NCBI GenBank assembly: GCA_041165265.1 | Contig: JBEANU010000082.1 | Span: 1 to 41,310 of the forward strand | Reading direction: 5' to 3' | Length of the DNA stretch: 41,310 nt | Source of the DNA: Bacteroidota bacterium | GTDB lineage: Bacteria; Bacteroidota; Bacteroidia; Chitinophagales; CAIODY01 | Shown here: in pieces, positions 14,401 to 19,116 of the stretch | Layout of the letters: each line of letters starts with the position of its first letter | Position numbering within the stretch: the first letter of the stretch is position 1 | Notes under the pieces: generated by a model | What the model saw: only the letters and a program-made list of their open reading frames with translations | Databases searched by the model: none | Told to the model about the DNA's origin: nothing | Made by a program: the position numbers and the translations under genes

Positions 14401-14915
14401 GGATTATTGGTTGAAGTATCTACTACATAAGGCGGTGTTAATAGCACATGACCTGCCAATGAAGTATTGAAAATGGTAGTTAAAGCACCACATTGCGGAC
14501 GAAGATGAAAAGTAATTTTGACTGTATCCGTTGTTCCGAATGAATTGCTATTAAAAAATAATTTGTAATAATTCTGACCTCCAACAACTTTTGTAAAATT
14601 TATCGAAGAATTATTAGCTCCATGTTGTTTTATGATAGTTGTAGCTATAAAACCTGCCCCCTGCTTTAATCCCAAATCATCAAATAATAACCCAAAATTA
14701 GGTTTTAACAAAAGAGTATCATGGATAGCTGAGGTATTATTATTAATAATCCAAACCTCATACGTTCCACCCTTGCATAAACTTATTGTACTTTTTAATG
14801 TGCCTGTTAATGAAGGCACAATCACTTTTTGCGCTTTGGATAAAGTGCTTACAAAAACAAATGCAGTGATAGATAAACTGATAAACCATTGACGGAGGGT
14901 AGAGATTTTTACCAT
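2472..14915 (-). CDS. Giant (4147 aa) Cys/Asn-rich secreted cell-surface protein with a long array of Ig/PKD-like modules and a T9SS C-terminal sorting domain; adhesin-like
   Basis: Single uninterrupted ORF. The signal peptide is MVKISTLRQWFISLSITAFVFVSTLSKA-QK. The central part (about nt 4150-8850) holds many ~80-100-aa modules with recurring C...Y.W....G motifs, including an SprB-repeat-like TANPTNGNSPYIYSW...GYYECSVTDSKGC. The last ~91 aa (VKIVPNPNNGRPQIYYKF...GHYIVALMNGNKVICYAAMEVIQ) match the Por secretion tail pattern. Confidence 0.9.
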   Translation of the reverse strand: MVKISTLRQWFISLSITAFVFVSTLSKAQKVIVPSLTGTLKSTISLCKGGTYEVWIINNNTSAIHDTLLLKPNFGLLFDDLGLKQGAGFIATTIIKQHGANNSSINFTKVVGGQNYYKLFFNSNSFGTTDTVKITFHLRPQCGALTTIFNTSLAGHVLLTPPYVVDTSTNNPFTFNLYKNTINATPSLFVVTPSVQISYPGIVVNTGYCTNQSDSFLVKNNICNTCNNFSNSCTNGFYSYPLAPDKKFYKLITVKNQPNSDTFNLSYPNTYLKIIEHRNEAIQYKITAIYLKTNSGNYRRIISNTSAGLKIKFDSTGLFTHDTLTFSDSILLIAKGKHYLLQNESFTFWEECELLSKNDYKKVNTSLCGAMDSTAYSTAINCKYKIIEDKDSVAACFSYNYQFNGKSKILFQDNQPDLEIERGVLNKNYCYNYQVDSTNYKNKYYAIIRNKGNLKATKIHIELACRNSNGANATNFEITKPKLLNKQFYKIKVGSSTALTPSLFTYSKKDSLIDCSLHQSNTTIDTSLWNKSTIAGKYCRIDSLLGSNGALYIDTNEAIVMIWDVSNSLSKNCSTNDLDGWLIRVNYYNQCNQSMAMQGTSYNWTNNPVFFFTNPNYISATSNAIQGPGVTQIIGLVDDDYSNAPIDVLKFKVANFTSRTLLPPYNSNYPSQNLNQAIGVKLVIGELLNVWKGDIYSAQHLGNCNQDSSAWYDKNHLKKYVRFYIDTGSLTPKMCRVMPDGIGYANTFLLSGSKKYYHYDSIGRPTALNGIKDSILAIFKTPFTNGFNVKWLSRFYVEVDVQPTCSQCSCPYNPYTGGSSIALDSSNKTGGSKTPVDISILHIPCYSCGFDTIGKDASKFLMPKNSYCINHGGGAIIVQCPGCKIAGLYTINAKGSRLNFGYEDNDNNSVADYPTKKIIFNQVGFYPILSSPNVTVDNSSIMYHDLYRVRHKSIIHMDDFVSSNYYPTAQTLNLIDSTYSTTHETGFKYAYLRVKTSSASKPFNANNGGNSIVTNIPALIVWIKESDTVNHFTNRLGFNSFHQKNYTHTQYYSVGGKTDTIAPIFIYYDITRDYRDTAKKEYVYDFSMDRLNAAYKTQYGTTDDLPFKHFHNGMEIYLDASFILAKNDGHADPLNEEALVTRAYCTLSPETPQNFNRFFDMQDATDQIAYHKSKPSVFITSPALLDSLCPMNNSPYPIIVDTKVKNSCDSVRWYCVKGEADFKRIGFTFQSNKFKNYSSGNTCMYSDFCGTSISNLSLDEKHMHYFCLGTGVVNQNGGIGTPTSFLNEYRHWNHVKKFEIKGLPQGSYIDSIYIIHPTSPQTITINKPFVYKDTSSNSWIVNFDSINAKSPNCYLKSLDSLQAMDDNEVSKYLFKIKYTNCSDSTYCIKIREFDEFDICDLDDGIANQTVPACNLPIDTIPFYAAQNFNNGFGFPFSTNINTCKNERIFEETYNLKTSSKGGLTANSQAATLRDGHAIWNNIAITQSAMNGDNPWVCIQFPINWNDDSTTVDSIAINGFGLQHFPNGKINGVKYPKHIGNHTWLFYLPTTSPAMRWNNQNYNSNNNYTNILYISAHYNCVTKLTNKDSVILRAGVMCDTAMFKSVTDVTSLFNNSCERMTSNLGITIHNPQFTADEVDGNNNQISLCSPFKMQFKLENLGDDCIHQLNMNMNLPSGYQLDNSINFNGKTFVGKNAVVIYNTDTSYFLLQDSVLYHFRFASTCCNDTASLPGALQSNCALPDTCLVIVALRDSCFITYLPIVTDFGGAGVCGNTNFPKSKKVISYPLLQNKSNFINKLQPIIKPDSTFISNCSSPDSLNIILSSLMTPNTCMGDSIMGATNYLLVHLPKGYQLQNAMYRSLLLKDTNATAICSSALTGFSSSDLIIDLTSLSGKKIKSLSPISLHFSVDSSAKCIDTFKAVLITKVSVTCGGTSACSNCQAQTLPVSKLLELRIKIPSVVPIAKSCADSLIISLKDTCNAYQLWSVPSPTSLLKKGNHYILKGTGNFTLFAQNKLFTNGVCVSDTSKPIIDTLYPPLNFTVTLDTALDCQHKKAQVKFLTSNNSSPFHLSVTSEKVRLFNFPTLNYNSINLKNLYAGIDTFKLSNKVGCKSTQVLKIPFSPICGKDTLCKDEVIAYSISKVNGAKFYKWTVTGGSFNTPSNLTPALQVGVHWTKDSIQILKVYAIATDSTTIIDSQFILINVQPIPHPILKLKTGTYGCTIHEFSLNEDCWEFCDSATIKIAATPSPNCIRKWSSVGNTILSGQNTDSITLQLNHLGFTSVTLIDSNIIAGCTQTVSHCIRILKSPRTKIKSLPTAIHDTIRTCLHQSIVLQDMSTTDPMVTNFFTWYDGKTYSSPTRFTSPHSIKTIQYDTAGIYHVKLVVKNNCSCADTSFLTVIVDSTSGASIFCSTTSCMPDTATYYTNVLSCGLYNWSVIGGTIISPIAYTHSPVIQVAWNNTAMTSGTIGLSVVNCPGFLCNGTSYISIPFIPHTLNITGVDTICPNSTATYSVPSISGVSYSWMINGVPQTNQTSNSINLSVPASGTYTIDLLYTSCILGCNGKSDSTKTVVVDTTHPYKIICATGKTCSPICNNDTSFLTTNFPTIPFNWYVYDPVNRIVDSLHNATSYTVNWNAISNSISATTQFTVAAIPTSGSVLCTKGFSTYTVTVHPAPPALTANGITANACICRNTTFSLQGNSGSGNQLQWQIGTIGAGTVSPTNAASNQLITTASGTNYSTVYQVSVKQKMNNAPFCSSVAYSFTIPTCQPPTPYIAVDTAACINMSSYLIAPKGFDNYNWSLMNNSDGTIVGGQGTDSIVIQWNAPLGGAYYSLPSNPNIKLELKYCGALVATVYYAVDIRNSNTIVVAGQRALCTGTSVAYTVANVGTGSCPLTGNYIWDFGDGTIQTTTTPVSPNHTYTVAGNFTVQVTAQNAYSTQQIQTDTFAIQVLQGIQAVVNLSGTNTCPNYWLQAHINSGIASSYQWYFKANGSSTTNAIMGAIIDSIQATAQGLYLVQVVGTNGCSTQASYSVQCTTPPAPPAPSGCPLHYLITEGVQSVNPCNGLAVFQFSMAYLAGSPYTYYEFNAGDGTASTSSVPLSSNFNYQYQHAGTYQASFKVYYPLGTGTCYNIKVVNVIVPRIVKNSMSYLCTPQLTATAHDLSESILVNDSAFNWKISPTCVVLDSSGNDCSYAVTPGTFYMIQYNYGNGGSSCPANIFKATPSLPSASYSINPSTNVCELTPVLFNDLSTPSSHIIGWNWTWKDKYISFPTLNTIQSNLQNPWEAFHYRNYFGQLGKVDITLNVVDDHLCQSTINGVYHVNENTLQPFLQTSNVKLSMMSSNCFGINDSIKVEVKDPAVVIQPNFYSPFNDTLNQFTQGFGMQTVGTFSSISANPFYIPVSTTGCYYVTVSNTNLCTAQSQNGVFPSFHAVPSIHITSTKDTMCAADEVKFDMDAGANYLYHWSISPTTGISGMVTNSSLATWQILTHRINPTTNQTYTIYGTITDTTGGKNCPITDSVKLFVYANPSVTITVNKTNYCLTGNDSVTLTANPTNGNSPYIYSWTGNAVNQITVKNAGYYECSVTDSKGCKSYAASYILQSPPDVSEILSGCITKCDTAILCNPYVSPMNSSSNPWKLGNNYVPTAWLLGVKNSLITSQSGLYTYEHCQGTCCVTSAPLDITILDCKHCCASDTGVIDTMYCVGMINGNVKYFFKMRLKNNCTKNVDSLMITDNNGGTIRQLYQTNLLPGWNVVTGIYEGSNGGTFSPAWLKYYFNTQTGGFDMLCDIANLPAYNYASCNVPQPCNWDIQVSRAECDSLNMTTGNPHISIQLDIQNLPQGASNVFITCPQGNITYNSLVGNSIPANTPPFIVRLGIDDLPSYDGIFTLFISAYDIQSSQICQQSLVIPIELFRCMPIDTCGLNTNNWKVNCNGYDNFGNPQYTITCDITNPYTIPYQVSLGNVGFSGTSTGSVTNVTPTYISTGTHTLTFDYTDLTSNGNGQACFFVMLKDTATRRYCLEYDDIHNCVQLIPGCPRIGHPHSQHQSTIPAITEVKHTDNNCVVKIVPNPNNGRPQIYYKFVKDVEQFANRKNDFKMTIMETSSGKLVWSKSVDNAAGLFMWNEQNSLAVGHYIVALMNGNKVICYAAMEVIQ

Positions 14916-15070
14916 AAGAAAGTAGTTGTTAAGTTACTCCTTCAAAGGAATGAAGTGGAGTTGTGGTTGTTGATTTTAATTGTAAATAGAATGGAAGTAA
15001 TAAAAAGAGGCGTAATCCTTTTACTAATAATTATAGCTAAAAGAGGCTCGACCAAGAACCTTCAACCCTA

Positions 15071-15107
15071 TAAAAAATAATAAAGAATACGCCCCCAGAG
15101 GGGCGTA
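15071..15107 (-). terminator. Intrinsic-terminator-like hairpin with a T-tract, oriented for minus-strand transcription
   Basis: Hairpin TACGCCCC-CAGA-GGGGCGTA (15088-15107). On the minus strand it is followed directly by TTCTTTATTATTTTTTA (complement of 15071-15087). Confidence 0.5.
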
Positions 15108-15459
15108 CACTTAATTATTTCATGGTTGACAAATTTGGTCGATTTTCTTTTAGTTGAAATAACTAGTAACGCTTTCCGTAAATTACTTATACAAAAGATT
15201 TGGCAACATTTTAGTTGTTACATCTTTTGTTTGCTGCCTCCAAATTCTTTCAAATTTGGTTCAGCTAAAGAACTTTATTTTGTTTTCTACTTAGTGGTAA
15301 TTGTAATCTTCAAAACCCATCTCTCCATTCTCGAATGGTTGATGTTGTGGCTGCAATATTAAACAATAATTTTTTACTACGCTACCGTGTTTTCACCCCC
15401 GTGAAAACACCCCCTCCGTTTTTCAAAAAATTAAACTATTTTTTCGTTGGTAAAGATGA

Positions 15460-15708
15460 ATGAAAAAAATAGTCCTGTCAATACCCATATATAGGGATGC
15501 CCCTGCCTATATTTTTTTACTTTTTTTCATTGCAGCAATTTCATTCATTTGCATTTTTCTTTTACTATTCTTCAACAAAAGTAGAATGCTATTCATCACT
15601 GCACAATACCTACCAATCGGTATTTTTTCATGTTTAAGGAGATTGAAATTGAGTTATAAATACCGATTGGTAGGTATTGGTTTTAAACAAAAAATTCTTA
15701 TCAAATAA
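15460..15708 (+). CDS. Questionable small membrane protein (82 aa)
   Basis: ATG start and one strong hydrophobic helix (AYIFLLFFIAAISFICIFLLLFF). However, a 22-bp perfect inverted repeat followed by a T-run lies inside its 3' half, upstream of its stop codon, which argues against a genuine CDS. Confidence 0.2.
   Translation: MKKIVLSIPIYRDAPAYIFLLFFIAAISFICIFLLLFFNKSRMLFITAQYLPIGIFSCLRRLKLSYKYRLVGIGFKQKILIK
15604..15679. repeat. Perfect 22-bp inverted repeat with a 32-nt spacer
   Basis: CAATACCTACCAATCGGTATTT (15604-15625) and its exact reverse complement AAATACCGATTGGTAGGTATTG (15658-15679). Confidence 0.85.
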
Positions 15709-15825
15709 ATTTCAAACAATAATATATTGCTTTTATGAACATAGAAATTTAATATTCCAACACAGTAATAGGTATTCAATTATTGATTAAAATTTACTTG
15801 ATAATAAATATATTTGAAATTATTT

Positions 15826-15857
15826 TTTGTTATTTACAGATAATGTTTTTACCTTTG
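15826..15857 (+). promoter_or_regulatory. Candidate Bacteroidetes sigma-A-type promoter for the XRE-ImmA gene
   Basis: TTTG (15826-15829), a 20-nt spacer, then TACCTTTG (15850-15857), matching the -33 TTTG / -7 TAnnTTTG consensus. It ends 16 nt before the ATG at 15874, giving a very short leader. Confidence 0.3.
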
Positions 15858-15873
15858 CCGCATCTTATTTAAT

Positions 15874-16920
15874 ATGGCAAAAGTAAATTTTAATATTGTA
15901 AATACACCCATGATAGCATTGGCAAGAGAAGCTAGGGGCTTGTATCAGCATGAGTTAGCGCAATATATAGATGTATCAAGTGCTACCCTAAGTAAAATAG
16001 AAACAGGCGAATTAGGTGTCAGTCAGGAATTGATAACTATCATTGCTCAGGTGCTAAAATTTCCATTAGATTTTTTTTACCAATCAGGCGAAACAGTAGA
16101 ACCAAACTTGTCGTATAGAAAACGTGACAAGGTTGCTCAAAAGCTATTATCTCCAATTGAAGCTTGGGTAAATATTTATCGTCTTAATATTCAGCAATTA
16201 TTTAAAGCTTGTTCTTTTGAACCTGCCAAAATTCCGCATTTAGACATCTCGGTTTATGGTTCACCACAAGCTGTAGCTAATAAACTTCGTTCACTTTGGA
16301 AAGTCGAAAGAGGCGCAATAGATAACATGGTAGAGTTGTTAGAATCTCACCATATACCTGTTGTCAGTTTTCATTTTAATACAGAAAGAGTTGATGGTAG
16401 AAGCATTTTAACAGAAACAATGCAGCCCATTATTTTCATTAATAGAATGAGTTTAGGAGATAGGCAGCGATTCACTTTAGCTTACGAGTTAGGACATTTG
16501 GTGATGCATTTATTTGCTGCACCTGATTTTGAAAGAGATGTAAGGCACGAAGCAAATTTATTTGCCGCCGAATTTTTGATGCCCGAAAAAGATATAAAAT
16601 CAGATTTAAAACAAAGTAAACTTACATTAACCCGATTAGCAGAATTAAAAAGAAAATGGAAAGTTTCTATGCAAGCTGTTTTGTATCGAGCCGATGATTT
16701 AGGAATCATTACAGACAATCAAAAGCGATATACTTTAGAACAATTCAATGCTATGAAAATACGAAAAAGAGAACCACAGGAATTAGATGTTCCAAAAGAA
16801 CATGCAACTTTAATAAGAAATTTAATGACTAAATATAAATCCGCACAAAAGAATAACATAAATGAAATAGCGGCGTTTTTTCATTTATCAGAAGAAGAAT
16901 TTGTGTTGAGATACACGTAA
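15874..16920 (+). CDS. XRE-family HTH fused to an ImmA/IrrE (COG2856) metallopeptidase domain, with a variant YExxH motif
   Basis: The N-terminus ARGLYQHELAQYIDVSSATLSKIETGE is a Cro/C1-type HTH. The central FTLAYELGHLVMH...HEANLFAAEFLMP matches the ImmA/IrrE signature (canonically HELGH...E..AN.FA..LLMP). Confidence 0.9.
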   Translation: MAKVNFNIVNTPMIALAREARGLYQHELAQYIDVSSATLSKIETGELGVSQELITIIAQVLKFPLDFFYQSGETVEPNLSYRKRDKVAQKLLSPIEAWVNIYRLNIQQLFKACSFEPAKIPHLDISVYGSPQAVANKLRSLWKVERGAIDNMVELLESHHIPVVSFHFNTERVDGRSILTETMQPIIFINRMSLGDRQRFTLAYELGHLVMHLFAAPDFERDVRHEANLFAAEFLMPEKDIKSDLKQSKLTLTRLAELKRKWKVSMQAVLYRADDLGIITDNQKRYTLEQFNAMKIRKREPQELDVPKEHATLIRNLMTKYKSAQKNNINEIAAFFHLSEEEFVLRYT

Positions 16921-16978
16921 AATTCATTAATAATGTAGTAAAAAATAAATATTGTTCATCTATAAATCCCTAAGCAAC

Positions 16979-17188
16979 ATGAGTATCCATCAAAAATCGT
17001 TTGAATTAAAACCTTATTCTATAACCGAGTTAGCAAAAGTGTATTCTGTTTGCAATAGGACAATTAAAAAGTGGATGAGACCATTTGAAAAAGAAATAGG
17101 AGAAAAGCAAGGAAGATATTATACTGTATCACAAGTAAAAGTAGTTTTTGAAAAAATTGGATTGCCGGGCATGACTAAAGATGAATAA
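16979..17188 (+). CDS. Small HTH DNA-binding protein, DUF4248-like (possible excision/directionality or regulatory factor)
   Basis: MSIHQKSFELKPYSITELAKVYSVCNRTIKKWMRPFEKEIGEKQGRYYTVSQVKVVFEKIGLP resembles, from memory, the small Bacteroidetes mobile-element proteins of the DUF4248 type. The ATG at 16979 is preferred over the TTG at 16952 in the ORF track. Confidence 0.65.
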   Translation: MSIHQKSFELKPYSITELAKVYSVCNRTIKKWMRPFEKEIGEKQGRYYTVSQVKVVFEKIGLPGMTKDE

Positions 17189-17244
17189 TGATGGCTAAAG
17201 GTGCAGAGAGTTTTGCCTAAACTTACAAAGATGCCTAAAGATGC
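17171..17244 (+). repeat. Iteron-like direct repeats ATGNCTAAAGRTG with 20-bp phasing
   Basis: ATGACTAAAGATGA (17171), ATGGCTAAAGGTGC (17191), a degenerate GCCTAAACTTAC (17215) and ATGCCTAAAGATGC (17231). The CTAAAG cores start at 17175, 17195, 17217 (CTAAAC) and 17235. Confidence 0.5.
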
Positions 17245-17294
17245 ACAAGCAGTTTATTGCACTCATTTATTTTTGGCTCAATAAATATTTGTGT

Positions 17295-17582
17295 ATGGCA
17301 GAGGAAGTAAAAATGATAATTGAAAACGAGGTTTTCTATTATTCAAAAAATAAAAATGAAAAGCTATCATTTGAGTTTTGTAAAAAAATGATTCAACAAG
17401 ATGGTCATATATATAGCGATGAAGAAATAAAAATTATTATTGATTATCTCTATCAAATGGCGGCTATCAATTTGTTGTACGTCAAAAGCGAACAAAGTAA
17501 AATTATTGAAATGATTAAAATAAATAAACATGAAGAAGAAAGCCATTCTTTATATCCGAGTGAGTACAGACGAGCAAGCTGA
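17295..17582 (+). CDS. Hypothetical small protein (96 aa from ATG 17295), overlapping the recombinase start by 53 nt
   Basis: The ORF reads MAEEVKMIIENEVFYYSKNKNEKLSFEFCKKMIQQDGHIYSDEEIKIIIDYLYQMAAINLLYVK... No motif was recognised. Its position just upstream of a recombinase fits a small accessory or RDF-like gene. Confidence 0.35.
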   Translation: MAEEVKMIIENEVFYYSKNKNEKLSFEFCKKMIQQDGHIYSDEEIKIIIDYLYQMAAINLLYVKSEQSKIIEMIKINKHEEESHSLYPSEYRRAS

Positions 17583-19116
17583 TAAAGGTTACAGTTTGCA
17601 ACACCAAGAAGAAAGGTTAAGAAATTACTGCCAACTCAACGATATTGAAATCGTCCAATTATTTAAAGAAGATTATTCTGCCAAAACATTCAATCGTCCT
17701 GCCTTTAACAAACTAGTTGAGTTCTTAAAGAAAAATAAAAATTCCACAAACTTATTGTTGTTTCTTAAATGGGATAGATTTTCAAGAAATGCAGGAGAAG
17801 CCTATGAAATGATTAACCGCTTATACAAAATGGGCGTTGAGCCACAGGGGATTGAGCAACCTTTAGATTTAAATGTTCCTGAAAACAAGTTGATGTTAGC
17901 GTTCTTTTTAGCAGCCCCCGAAGTAGAAAATGATAGAAGAGCTTTAAACGTAATTGCAGGAATGCGAAGAGCAAAAAAAGATGGAAGATTATCAGGTATC
18001 GCACCTTATGGTTATAAAAATGAAAGAGACGTAGCTAACAAACCGATAATTATACCAAATGACGATGCAAAAAATGTAAAATGGATTTTTGAGGAATGTG
18101 CCAAAGGTCTTTGCAAAGTTCATGAATTATGGGACATGGCGAAAAAAAGAAATTTCAAAGGTAGTATTAATGGTTTTTGGTATCTATTAAGAAACCCTGT
18201 TTACTGTGGCAATTTATTTTTACCTGCTTACAAGGATGAACATGAAATGATTATTAAAGGAAAGCATGAACCTATAATTTCAGAAGAACTATTTAATGAA
18301 GTGCAAGATTTATTGAATGGTCGCAAAAGAGTTGTAAAATCTAAATATTCTGCTGATGAAAATATACCATTAAGAGGCTTTTTAATCTGTAAAGAATGTG
18401 GCAAGCCGCTTACAGGAAGTAGGTCAAAAGGAAGGAATAATTATTACTATTATTACCATTGTAAAGAGGGATGTAAGGAAAGATATAAATCAGAAGATGT
18501 AAATAATGCTTTATTAAAAACGTTATCAGAGATAAAAGCGAACACTAGTGTTTTAGAATTGTATAAACATATTTTATTTGATGTTATTAAAAAGAAGAAT
18601 TCAAATCCACCAATAGAAAAAGAACAATTAACTCAGCAAATCAACAAGTATGAAAAAAGACTAAAAAATGCACAAGAAGATTGGTTGGATAGAAAGATTT
18701 CTGTAGAAGATTATTCAGTAATAAAAAAAGATATTGAAAATAAGTTGAATGAATTAAGGCAGGAAAAAGAGCAATTAAGTGGTTTGGAGTCCGAAGGCAA
18801 AATGAAATTAAACCAAACTTTACCAATCCTTAGAAACCTTGATAAACACTATCTTTCAGCGGACTTAGAAACAAAATTGTTAATTATTGGTTCGACATAC
18901 CCTGAAAAAACAATTTATTCCGAAAATCAATTGTCGAACCGCAAAATTAATCCTGCCATCACCTTTATAACCGCCACCAGCAAAGAGATGCAGGTGGGGT
19001 CAAAAAAGAAAGGAGTGAAAAATTCACTCCAATCCAGTAAGGTGGACCTGCCGGGTTTCGAACCCGGGTGCAGACAAAGACGCCGTAAACTTTCTACATA
19101 CTTAGTAACCACTTAA
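17530..19116 (+). CDS. Large serine recombinase (resolvase/invertase catalytic domain, recombinase domain, zinc ribbon with coiled-coil)
   Basis: The N-terminus AILYIRVSTDEQADKGYSLQHQEERLRNYC carries the catalytic Ser motif. The zinc ribbon is CKECGKPLTGSRSKGRNNYYYYYHCKEGC. A coiled-coil stretch reads QQINKYEKRLKNAQEDWLDRKISVEDYSVIKKDIENKLNELRQEKEQL. The last 25 codons are antisense to the ssrA 3' end. Confidence 0.92.
   Translation: MKKKAILYIRVSTDEQADKGYSLQHQEERLRNYCQLNDIEIVQLFKEDYSAKTFNRPAFNKLVEFLKKNKNSTNLLLFLKWDRFSRNAGEAYEMINRLYKMGVEPQGIEQPLDLNVPENKLMLAFFLAAPEVENDRRALNVIAGMRRAKKDGRLSGIAPYGYKNERDVANKPIIIPNDDAKNVKWIFEECAKGLCKVHELWDMAKKRNFKGSINGFWYLLRNPVYCGNLFLPAYKDEHEMIIKGKHEPIISEELFNEVQDLLNGRKRVVKSKYSADENIPLRGFLICKECGKPLTGSRSKGRNNYYYYYHCKEGCKERYKSEDVNNALLKTLSEIKANTSVLELYKHILFDVIKKKNSNPPIEKEQLTQQINKYEKRLKNAQEDWLDRKISVEDYSVIKKDIENKLNELRQEKEQLSGLESEGKMKLNQTLPILRNLDKHYLSADLETKLLIIGSTYPEKTIYSENQLSNRKINPAITFITATSKEMQVGSKKKGVKNSLQSSKVDLPGFEPGCRQRRRKLSTYLVTT

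Larger units (their letters stand above)
15108..19116 (+). mobile_element. Candidate ssrA-associated integrative cassette (regulator, small HTH, serine recombinase). The right end lies at or inside the ssrA 3' end. The left end is undetermined and could lie much further left.
   Basis: A large serine recombinase lies next to and overlaps the tmRNA 3' end. The XRE/ImmA plus small HTH gene set is typical of mobile-element immunity and excision modules. No direct repeat marking the left boundary was found by eye. Confidence 0.4.

Noticed and set aside
3727-14892. Several 60-93-aa plus-strand ORFs (and two 60-61-aa minus-strand off-frame ORFs) within the giant gene (e.g. 7051-7332, 9145-9366, 14632-14892)
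   Set aside because: All lie inside the 12.4-kb ORF, either antisense or in another frame of the same strand. They lack recognisable features and appear to be chance open frames in AT-rich DNA.
14889-15362. Plus-strand ORFs 14889-15080 (63 aa) and 15126-15362 (78 aa, TTG start) in the spacer
   Set aside because: They have non-ATG or weak starts and no motifs, and the first overlaps the giant gene's start and promoter region. I treated the region as non-coding (see the spacer finding).
111-15873. Search for a displaced copy of the ssrA 3' end (GGTGGACCTGCCGGGTTTCGAACCCGG or its complement) marking the far end of the island
   Set aside because: None was seen by eye in the intergenic stretches 111-246, 2398-2471 or 14916-15873. 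I could not scan coding DNA exhaustively, so this is a weak negative rather than proof.
16952-16978. TTG-initiated N-terminal extension of the small HTH gene, and the ATG 17241 extension of the next ORF
   Set aside because: The internal ATGs (16979 and 17295) give compact proteins. The extension at 17241 (MHKQFIALIYFWLNKYLC) overlaps the iteron-like repeats and looks non-coding.
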